The translations under genes and the position numbers were made by a program. 64,000 nt of DNA, taken from IMG/VR virus record IMGVR_UViG_3300029258_003221, positions 170,632 through 234,631 of that record, one strand, 5' to 3'. Shown one piece after another: positions 36,364-43,427 of the stretch. The first letter of the stretch is position 1. Each line of letters starts with the position of its first letter. The notes beneath the pieces were generated by a model. It was given only the letters and a program-made list of their open reading frames with translations, did no database searches and had not been told where the DNA came from.

Positions 36364-36418
36364 TGCGGCAAATCTCCATGAGATGTTTTGATGAAAACTA
36401 CACAGTGCCACAAAAAAC

Positions 36419-36437
36419 GACACACCGTGTCACACGG
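36419..36437. promoter_or_regulatory. overlapping inverted repeats at the ParB-like gene transcription start (candidate operator)
   Basis: GACAC-ACC-GTGTC (36419-36431) and CCGTGT-C-ACACGG (36425-36437), immediately downstream of the -10. Confidence 0.55.
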
Positions 36438-36442
36438 CTGTT

Positions 36443-36472
36443 ATTCTACGTCAGTTCCGTGGTCTGTAAAGC
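36443..36472 (-). promoter_or_regulatory. sigma70-like promoter GCTTTACA-N14-CGTAGAAT
   Basis: TTTACA-16-TAGAAT. Confidence 0.75.
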
Positions 36473-36654
36473 GTAAATCCAAAATTACTTGGCAGATTTG
36501 ACCCGAAGTTTGTATCCAGAGCGTTTCACCCCTTTGGAGACTGTGCCCAAAAGCCTCAAAACAGCCATGGCTTCATGACGTTTCATTTGACGTAAATCTA
36601 GGGTGAACTTGGACTTTTCTTTTTGCAGTGGATTTTCCCTCGCAATAATTTGCA

Positions 36655-37410
36655 GTGAGTATGTATGTTAAAACAATGGAGAATACAGTGAAAAACAAGC
36701 CCCTTGTGAGATTTACGATAGGATCAGTCACTAAATTTGGTTTTGACTGCTTAAAAAGAGCAATAAAACAAATACAAAAGTTGTATCCATGCGATATCAC
36801 TGTTTGTTTCAACTGTGATAAAAAACACGTTAAATATTTAAAAAAAGAATTAAACGTCTTTCTTTTTGATCAATCCGTACACCTAAACGATGACCTCACC
36901 CCAATGGGGGTAGCTTGGAAACTTTATCCTCCAAGGCTTGATATCAACCGTCATGAGATCATTATTGATAACGATATCATTTTGGAGTCAACAATCGATG
37001 AAATCGATGATTTTCTCTCTTGTGACGATCATTGTCTCATGCTTCAGGGAATCTCACGTACCTACGGGAGATTTGAAAAACACGTACCTGCCAATCTGAT
37101 GATCAACAGTGGTTTATTTGGTTTGCCGCCCGGATTCGATTTTGCGACTTATGTAAAAAATCACGCAGGAAATAATTGGGAAGAGAATGCTACGGGAATT
37201 CACTCTGAAAGTGTGACTTTTGACGAACAGGGACTTGTTGCTCTGATTTTATCAAACCAGAAACATTTTCTGATTCCCAACACAACAATTACAAATTGCG
37301 AAAGAAAACTTATGAGAGGAAAGGGAATGCACTTTATCGGTCTCAATAGATGGAAACGACATGAGCCATATTCAGAATGGCTCATGTCGCAACAAAAATT
37401 TCACCTTTAG
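36655..37410 (+). CDS. GT-A fold glycosyltransferase-like protein
   Basis: HEIIIDNDIIL DxD motif; INSGLFGLP, DEQG; the only non-IS plus-strand gene. Confidence 0.7.
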   Translation: MSMYVKTMENTVKNKPLVRFTIGSVTKFGFDCLKRAIKQIQKLYPCDITVCFNCDKKHVKYLKKELNVFLFDQSVHLNDDLTPMGVAWKLYPPRLDINRHEIIIDNDIILESTIDEIDDFLSCDDHCLMLQGISRTYGRFEKHVPANLMINSGLFGLPPGFDFATYVKNHAGNNWEENATGIHSESVTFDEQGLVALILSNQKHFLIPNTTITNCERKLMRGKGMHFIGLNRWKRHEPYSEWLMSQQKFHL

Positions 37411-37988
37411 GGCTTCTTGACAAATTCGTGGATGCGATCCAAATCTTTCTGTGAAAATCGAATGTTGTCCGGTCTTTTATCAAGTTTCCAAGGACTGCCT
37501 TCAACATACACATAACGATTTACTCGCTGACCTTTATGGAACTGACGATCTGCCTCTTTGTTAATAGAAGTATTTTGATTTGCCTGAAGGCCCAAGACAT
37601 GAGTTCGATGCATCAATTCTTTGTACCCATCTTCAAGGGCACCAATTCTTTTCTCGGTTTGAGCATCAATACTTGGTCTCAAATCATAACTTTCAGGTTC
37701 TGAATATGGCTGTGTGTATGATTGAGGTGGTTGTTGTGCATACAATTCATTTGAATTGTCTTTGTTCATGAGTGACCAAATTCCAAAAATGGTCGCCAAA
37801 GACAACATGGTTGCAAATGCTCCCAAAAACACTGTTGCACTATTGGACCCACTAGACCCACTAGACCCACTCTGTTCTGGCTGTGATTGTGCATAAACAG
37901 GTGCCGTAAACCTACGTGGCTGACTTGGCCTCGTTCCTGCTCTCACACCATTTTTGATCGTTTCTAAATCTTGTTGACTAAGTTTCAC
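37407..37988 (-). CDS. single-pass membrane protein
   Basis: TM VFLGAFATMLSLATIFGIWSL; GTG start with GGAGG SD. Confidence 0.75.
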   Translation of the reverse strand: MKLSQQDLETIKNGVRAGTRPSQPRRFTAPVYAQSQPEQSGSSGSSGSNSATVFLGAFATMLSLATIFGIWSLMNKDNSNELYAQQPPQSYTQPYSEPESYDLRPSIDAQTEKRIGALEDGYKELMHRTHVLGLQANQNTSINKEADRQFHKGQRVNRYVYVEGSPWKLDKRPDNIRFSQKDLDRIHEFVKKP

Positions 37989-38654
37989 CTATCCTCCTTT
38001 GGTCATTTCTTCTCGCCTAGTATTTATGAGATCTCGAAGCTCTTTTCTTGGCAACTTATCGTGATTGTTATGAAGACGCCTCAATTCCCTGCAATTTTCT
38101 AAACTTATGTCGTAAGCTCCCTTGAGGTTATTACAAACACTACACATTGTTTGGTAATTTCGTAATTCATCTTTGCCACCACGACTTTTTGCAAGAATAT
38201 GATCTTTTGTCATCAGGACCAATCGACTATTCTCTTCAGCATACAAATTAAAATGTGGAGATTGGTCACCGGGATTAATATCCAAGATCATTTTTGTGCC
38301 TTCCAAACCACATGAAACACATGAAGTATTGTCTCTAAACACAAAATAACGATCTGAATTCATTCGCACTTGGTAGATTTGTCCATCTACTTCGTACTCT
38401 TTTTTTACATCTTCTTCGGTAATGTAGGGAAAGACTTCATCGACACTGTAAGTCGCCAGATGTTCCAGCTTCTTACGTTCCTTCATCTTTGCTATGTCGA
38501 GTTGAACACCAAAACCTTCAAAATCATCCCCGTGTGGTTCACATTCGAGTATGCTTTCAAGTAATTTTTTGGCGTGCTTGAGACATTCAGCACGAGGTTT
38601 GTCTGAGTCGAATCTCCACGTTATCGTAGCTATAGCCTTGTAACTGGTCATCAC
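37989..38654 (-). CDS. HNH endonuclease-domain protein
   Basis: CVSCG...TKDHILAKSRGGKDELRNYQTMCSVCNNLKG. Confidence 0.85.
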   Translation of the reverse strand: MMTSYKAIATITWRFDSDKPRAECLKHAKKLLESILECEPHGDDFEGFGVQLDIAKMKERKKLEHLATYSVDEVFPYITEEDVKKEYEVDGQIYQVRMNSDRYFVFRDNTSCVSCGLEGTKMILDINPGDQSPHFNLYAEENSRLVLMTKDHILAKSRGGKDELRNYQTMCSVCNNLKGAYDISLENCRELRRLHNNHDKLPRKELRDLINTRREEMTKGG

Positions 38655-38696
38655 TACTATCTATTCCATTAGAAAAATATTTGCATCCTTGCGAAC

Positions 38697-38725
38697 AGTA
38701 TATACAAAAACTTAGTTTTGAGCAA
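38697..38725 (-). promoter_or_regulatory. sigma70-like promoter
   Basis: TTGCTC-17-TATACT upstream of the HNH gene. Confidence 0.6.
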
Positions 38726-38726
38726 A

Positions 38727-38760
38727 TAAAAAGCACCGGATGACTTGCACCCGGTGCTTT
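38727..38760 (-). terminator. intrinsic terminator
   Basis: AAAGCACCGG/CCGGTGCTTT + T-run. Confidence 0.85.
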
Positions 38761-38885
38761 CAACTTCTTTTGTGTTTGACACACATTCCGGGTCAAGCCC
38801 GTCCCGAGTGAAGTGGCCTCGGGGGAAGCGTGGTCCGAAGACCATCACCGCACCGCCACTCTGTGAGAAGGCACAGAGAACCTAA
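38727..38885 (-). ncRNA. candidate stand-alone small RNA with possible pseudoknot
   Basis: hairpins CTCTGTG/CACAGAG, TGGTC-UUCG-GACCA, CCCGAG/CTCGGG, GGG/CCC, TGTGT/ACACA; GTGGC can pair with loop GCCAC; upstream promoter and own terminator. Confidence 0.6.
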
Positions 38886-38890
38886 TTACA

Positions 38891-38919
38891 ATAGTAATCA
38901 CCAAGCATAATCTTGATAA
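38891..38919 (-). promoter_or_regulatory. possible sigma70-like promoter for the sRNA
   Basis: TTATCA-17-TACTAT. Confidence 0.45.
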
Positions 38920-39129
38920 TTAAGTCATTGCAAGAGCGTTAGAAGGAATTATAGCTGGAGTTTTGGGCCTTACGAAAAGACCAAAAGCTGCATGTGCAAC
39001 CACGCCACTTAAACAAGGTGTGGGCTCCCAATTTCGACTTACAGACGAGTAATAAACATCGCCCATTTGAATCATTTCGCCAACATTCAGAACTCTGAAT
39101 CCTTCCGGGCATTCTGGCACTTGGCTCAT
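38920..39129 (-). CDS. hypothetical protein
   Basis: 69-aa ORF. Confidence 0.7.
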   Translation of the reverse strand: MSQVPECPEGFRVLNVGEMIQMGDVYYSSVSRNWEPTPCLSGVVAHAAFGLFVRPKTPAIIPSNALAMT

Positions 39130-39138
39130 TTTGTTCCT

Positions 39139-39624
39139 TTACGTGTCAATGATTTTTACTCCGGGGAAAATTCCACCCAGAGAAATGTTGGAGATACATC
39201 TTGGAAATTCACCATGCATAACGCCCTCATAAAGAACTTTATGCATTTGACTTGCCGCAACTATGGCAGGAAGATTTTTACTTCGAGCCGATATCTGAAA
39301 TCCACCCCAAAAGCTGAATTTCCCCACAGAAACTTTATCTTCTACAACATCCATGTTCTCTTGGTTGGCATTGATGGACCAATTAAGAGAATTTTTATCT
39401 TCACTGTTCGTTGGAAAGAACACATGAAGATTGTCTTTGGGACTGTAAACACACGTCATGCCACTCTCTTCAATAGTGGCAATCATTCCATGTGTCAAAA
39501 TCTGGTGTCTTCGCAATGGCCATCCGCAACCGGGAATGAAAGACAGAAGCTTATAGAATCTGCCAATCAAATACCAAGTTGCAAAGATGGCATATGCAGC
39601 GGAATACTGTAGAAGTTTCTTCAT
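39139..39624 (-). CDS. hypothetical protein
   Basis: 161-aa ORF. Confidence 0.75.
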   Translation of the reverse strand: MKKLLQYSAAYAIFATWYLIGRFYKLLSFIPGCGWPLRRHQILTHGMIATIEESGMTCVYSPKDNLHVFFPTNSEDKNSLNWSINANQENMDVVEDKVSVGKFSFWGGFQISARSKNLPAIVAASQMHKVLYEGVMHGEFPRCISNISLGGIFPGVKIIDT

Positions 39625-39627
39625 GAT

Positions 39628-40188
39628 TTACTTCTTGTTGTAAATTCTTGAAGCACGATCCATCATCTCATGAATTGCTGGAACCATCGTGTGAGGAATG
39701 GATTTGTTGTTCATCAAATTCTTCTGAACTACCCTTACGGACTCAGCATGATCAATTGCCTTCCTGATGCCAACATGTCGGCTGAACTTGTCGTTCGGAT
39801 GGCACATGCTCCATCCAATAACAGCATCTATTTCAGACGGACCTGTATTGATGGAAATGACCACGCCAACAATTGGGGATCGACGTGAACGCCAATTTCG
39901 CCTGACAGAAGTGAAAGCCTTATTGAAGGCTGCTTCGTCTTTGAAGCTATCTTCACCAGACAGAATGGGTTCGAGAAGACGTTGAGCCACAGCGACACTC
40001 AAAGTGTCACCAAAAGAATTCAAAATCCCCCTGATGGCTTGTGTTTGTGCTGCATTGCAACCTTCAATTGGCCTTGATCGTTTTGCACGAACATAATTCA
40101 CGAGCATTCGTTTGCTCTGTGAATCAAAATGTTCACGAACAATGCGGCGACAATCTTCGATGTACTCTGAACGTGTATTTTGCGTCAT
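39628..40188 (-). CDS. hypothetical protein
   Basis: 186-aa ORF; IGWSMCHPNDKFSRHVG motif common in phage proteins. Confidence 0.8.
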   Translation of the reverse strand: MTQNTRSEYIEDCRRIVREHFDSQSKRMLVNYVRAKRSRPIEGCNAAQTQAIRGILNSFGDTLSVAVAQRLLEPILSGEDSFKDEAAFNKAFTSVRRNWRSRRSPIVGVVISINTGPSEIDAVIGWSMCHPNDKFSRHVGIRKAIDHAESVRVVQKNLMNNKSIPHTMVPAIHEMMDRASRIYNKK

Positions 40189-40227
40189 TAGGATACCCTT
40201 CCTCGAAAAAAGAAAAACACGCAGAGC

Positions 40228-40500
40228 TTAACCGGCCTTGCGTTTAAATTCTGCTGGCGAGATCAACTGATAGTTGAGGCCAACAGCTTTAGCCATTTTC
40301 CAGATAGTCATGTGTCTCGGATAACGAGTCTCACGTTTACCCAGTTTGGCCACAGTTGAATATGAGAGACCTGCTGCTTTTGCAAGTTCGCCCCATGTCC
40401 AATCTTTTACATCACAAGCTGCGATGAAGATTTCATCTGTCTTTTTGTGCAGGTCACGAAACTTTTTGTCCTGAACACTTCCAACAACTCGAAGAGTCAT
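40228..40500 (-). CDS. XRE/Cro-type HTH transcription regulator
   Basis: TWGELAKAAGLSYSTVAKL...P...TIWKMAKAVG. Confidence 0.85.
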   Translation of the reverse strand: MTLRVVGSVQDKKFRDLHKKTDEIFIAACDVKDWTWGELAKAAGLSYSTVAKLGKRETRYPRHMTIWKMAKAVGLNYQLISPAEFKRKAG

Positions 40501-40541
40501 GTCGTCTCCTTGGTAATCAAACGGACTTCACACCATCACAA

Positions 40542-40570
40542 ATAGTAACGATGCTTTTTTGATTGTGCAA
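40542..40570 (-). promoter_or_regulatory. sigma70-like promoter
   Basis: TTGCAC-17-TACTAT. Confidence 0.7.
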
Positions 40571-40585
40571 CCGAGTTTTGATAAA

Positions 40586-40653
40586 TGCTCGTGAGGGGAA
40601 TCGAACCCCTTGACTACACGAATTTAGAATTCGCTGTCTATCCATCCACGAGC
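40586..40653 (-). tRNA. atypical 68-nt tRNA-like element, anticodon CUA, no D-stem
   Basis: acceptor GCTCGTG/CACGAGC + A73; anticodon arm GCGAA-TTCTAAA-TTCGT; T-arm AGGGG-TTCGATT-CCCCT; only 12 nt in the D region; no encoded CCA. Confidence 0.7.
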
Positions 40654-40658
40654 TAAAA

Positions 40659-40698
40659 CTCCCTGCCATCTCATCGTCCGTATAGAAATGGCAGGGAG
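40659..40698 (-). terminator. 11-bp hairpin + T-run directly upstream of the tRNA-like element
   Basis: CTCCCTGCCAT/ATGGCAGGGAG. Confidence 0.65.
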
Positions 40699-40712
40699 CG
40701 GGCCGAATGCCA

Positions 40713-41021
40713 TTAGTTTTCCAATACTTCGATCACCTCAGATCGAGAAAATTCGACAATGTCACAACAAGTAATATCCATTTCAAATCGAGGGATATTG
40801 TCCAAAATTCCACGCAGTTCTTCGTCGTTGTTTTCAGCTATGCTAGTGACAAGCACCCACATGTATTCACACTTACCACATTTCGTCGGAAACGAAAGTT
40901 TAACATGCTTACCGGCAAAGAAATCCAAAGATTGTTCAACAAAGCGAGGATCAGGTGGCCTTGTGCCTTCAGAGACAATTCCAATATTGAATGCTGGTTC
41001 AATCAAGGGAACCTCCTTCAA
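40713..41021 (-). CDS. DUF2314-like protein
   Basis: EYMWVLV...GILDNIP...IVEF. Confidence 0.6.
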   Translation of the reverse strand: MKEVPLIEPAFNIGIVSEGTRPPDPRFVEQSLDFFAGKHVKLSFPTKCGKCEYMWVLVTSIAENNDEELRGILDNIPRFEMDITCCDIVEFSRSEVIEVLEN

Positions 41022-41779
41022 TCAATCAGGTGAGAACTGGCAATGCGACGACCACGAAGAAGAATGTCCACAAGGCGATCATCTCCCATTGCCCTAACAC
41101 GACTGATGATTTCTTCCAGATCACGTTCGATAGCAAGGTAGCCATCTGTATCTGATTCGTTGTGAATCAGTGATCGACCAGAAATTCGTTTGCTTTTACC
41201 AGCACCGGCTCTTGGCCCTGTATGCTGATTGGGATCAGGAGAATCCTTCATCTTTGAACGAACGCCCCTGACCAACTCAGGCTTCACCTCAAGACCATCC
41301 AATGCACAATATTCAATGATCTTTTTGGTTGAAAGATTCGGCTTTATTCGCATAGCACGCTCAACCATCGCTGACAGATTCAGCTTGCCGTTGTGTTCAG
41401 GAATTGGATCGTTTCCGTATCGCTTCCTGATTTGATTCTTGGCAAGATAGATCTCCTGCTTCTTCAACGGATTATTTGCATTCAGTTCACTCCAAATGCT
41501 GATCAATGTGTCATTGTCAGCATGAAGATTGTGAAGAACAAGATATCGAACCAACTTCGATTTGCTGTCTTTTCCTTTAGTCTTTCTCCCTGACTTGTTC
41601 AAAGAAGCTGCCGCACGATGCACGGTAGAAATATGAACTTTGTAAAACATAGCCAATTTTTGGCGACTGACTTCGGGAGTTTTCTTTAGGACATCCCGAA
41701 TCAACTGGGTTTTATTAGCACCCGGCTTTGCCTCTGGAAAGAAAAACCCAGTTTCATTGTCGTCTTTTGGGAAATGCAT
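41018..41779 (-). CDS. putative DNA-binding protein with repeated helical modules
   Basis: ANKTQLIRDVL...LAMFYKVHISTVHRAA (HTH-like); second module NLSAMVERAM. Confidence 0.6.
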   Translation of the reverse strand: MHFPKDDNETGFFFPEAKPGANKTQLIRDVLKKTPEVSRQKLAMFYKVHISTVHRAAASLNKSGRKTKGKDSKSKLVRYLVLHNLHADNDTLISIWSELNANNPLKKQEIYLAKNQIRKRYGNDPIPEHNGKLNLSAMVERAMRIKPNLSTKKIIEYCALDGLEVKPELVRGVRSKMKDSPDPNQHTGPRAGAGKSKRISGRSLIHNESDTDGYLAIERDLEEIISRVRAMGDDRLVDILLRGRRIASSHLID

Positions 41780-41793
41780 TTAAACACCTTTCG

Positions 41794-41970
41794 TTACATG
41801 CACCATTGACTATTGGCGTAAAATGTAGGCGATTCAATCCAACAACAAGCTTCCTCTCCAAGAATCTTGCGTTGTTGATCAGTCAGGTTTATTTGGTCAT
41901 ATAAACCCTGTTTCCGAAGCTGCCTCTGTTCCTCTGTCAACAAAGACAGTGCCTGTTGCTTGTCGAACAA
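41794..41970 (-). CDS. hypothetical protein (below ORF-track cutoff)
   Basis: AGGAG SD + TTG; LFDKQQALSLLTEEQRQ..., 58 aa. Confidence 0.6.
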   Translation of the reverse strand: MFDKQQALSLLTEEQRQLRKQGLYDQINLTDQQRKILGEEACCWIESPTFYANSQWCM

Positions 41971-41981
41971 TCGACCAACTC

Positions 41982-42857
41982 CTAAGCAGCGACAGTCAGG
42001 AATTTCTTGACTGACTCTTCCATACGTGCAGCACGCTTTTCTGGCTCTTCGCCAATAGCGAACTCAAAGTTCTGACACACGATGGTGATTTTGACAAATC
42101 GCAGCAGGTTTCGCAACTGTTCGACATTCTCACAGTAGCTGCAAGCTCGCTCCATGAAACCGTCCTTGATTTTCAGGACTTTATCCATAACGAGCAACCC
42201 ACGCTCTTCATCTGTGATAGGAGGCAGACTGACATTCTTTCTGCCTTTAGCGGGACTGGCATTAAAGTAACCAAGCAGTTTTTTTGCAAGGCCCTTCTCT
42301 GTCTCATCTTTGCTGTAGTAAAGCTTGTCGAAGCTTTTGATGAGATTAAGCTGACTTTCAATGATGAACTCAGCATCGCTTTCATCACCAGATTCAGCAA
42401 CGATCTTTTCAGCAGTCTTCTGAGAAAGACCCACAAGATCACTGGTGAGAGCAGCAATCACCACACTTTCAGGTGTTTCATCTTCCTGAAGTTCATCAGG
42501 TTTAGGGATGAAAGACGCAAGAGCGTTAGTTCGAAATTTCACCATGAAGAGAAACGACATGTCTCTCACCACGGCAGAATCTTTTTGAACGACAATTCGA
42601 GGATTTGGTGGAAGCTGTTTGTCATTCCACATAGCCTGCGTCCATCTTTCAAAAAGCTTGTTGCCAACAACAGCTTTCTTTTGCTTGACCACAGGATCAA
42701 TGACTTCTGCCACTGCTGCCGAACTGATCAGATCCCTGACATCATCAATCAATTCTGTGTCTGGGTTCCAAACAGTCTCGTTCTTCTTTTTAACGTCTGA
42801 AGACTTCTTCTTTGTTGCTTTGGAAGCAACCTGTTGCAGCAAATCCGGCTTTGCCAT
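41982..42857 (-). CDS. hypothetical protein
   Basis: 291-aa ORF downstream of a promoter. Confidence 0.85.
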   Translation of the reverse strand: MAKPDLLQQVASKATKKKSSDVKKKNETVWNPDTELIDDVRDLISSAAVAEVIDPVVKQKKAVVGNKLFERWTQAMWNDKQLPPNPRIVVQKDSAVVRDMSFLFMVKFRTNALASFIPKPDELQEDETPESVVIAALTSDLVGLSQKTAEKIVAESGDESDAEFIIESQLNLIKSFDKLYYSKDETEKGLAKKLLGYFNASPAKGRKNVSLPPITDEERGLLVMDKVLKIKDGFMERACSYCENVEQLRNLLRFVKITIVCQNFEFAIGEEPEKRAARMEESVKKFLTVAA

Positions 42858-42902
42858 TTTTCAACCCTCTTTCGTGAATGTTTGAAACTTGTTTACCCCA
42901 AC

Positions 42903-42933
42903 ATTCTACGGAAGATTTTTTGGGTTGTAAAGC
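42903..42933 (-). promoter_or_regulatory. sigma70-like promoter GCTTTACA-N15-CGTAGAAT
   Basis: TTTACA-17-TAGAAT. Confidence 0.8.
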
Positions 42934-42938
42934 AAATG

Positions 42939-43406
42939 TCAATTTTCAGACAAGAATTTTTGGTAATGATCCCAAACGCCCAAGTCTTTGATGAAGTGTT
43001 CGGCAAGATCCAAACTTTTCTTTGCTTCACTTTCGGGGACTTCTGTCTTTGGTGTTACATCCTTTTCTTTCTTGGGAGCAACCTCTTCGGTTGTTGTATT
43101 GGATGCAAAATCAAAGAGTTGATCAATTGCCAATTCCTGTCTGGCCAACATCAGTTTGGCTTTCAACATAACCGCTCTTTCCTGACACAGTTTACGTGTG
43201 TCAATGATGTCACGTTCACGTTGACGGAATTGATTTTTGATATCAAGCATCATGTCATAAGCTTCATGATCTTCAGGTGGCATTGGTGCCGACTTGATCA
43301 TTTCCATGAGATGATATTCTTGATTCCGACTGAGTTCCCAGTCGGTCAATGAATCAATGAGAGTTTCAATGTCTTCTCTTGAAAATGTAGATTCAAGCGA
43401 GGCCAT
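42939..43406 (-). CDS. hypothetical protein
   Basis: start set at ATG 43406. Confidence 0.75.
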   Translation of the reverse strand: MASLESTFSREDIETLIDSLTDWELSRNQEYHLMEMIKSAPMPPEDHEAYDMMLDIKNQFRQRERDIIDTRKLCQERAVMLKAKLMLARQELAIDQLFDFASNTTTEEVAPKKEKDVTPKTEVPESEAKKSLDLAEHFIKDLGVWDHYQKFLSEN

Positions 43407-43427
43407 CCTTGGTCCTTTCAAAAATAT

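Noticed and set aside
37845-37870. 9-bp tandem repeat CCACTAGAC
   Set aside because: Simple Ser/Gly linker (SGSSGSSGS) inside a membrane-protein gene.
40500-40585. Theta/HDV-like ribozyme downstream of the CUA tRNA-like element
   Set aside because: The 3' flank is AT-rich and contains a sigma70-like promoter; no nested double pseudoknot.
41794-41975. Multi-hairpin ncRNA or antisense promoter (CGTAAAATGTAGGC on +)
   Set aside because: The region is an SD-led 58-aa ORF on the minus strand, and the plus-strand -10 has no properly spaced -35.
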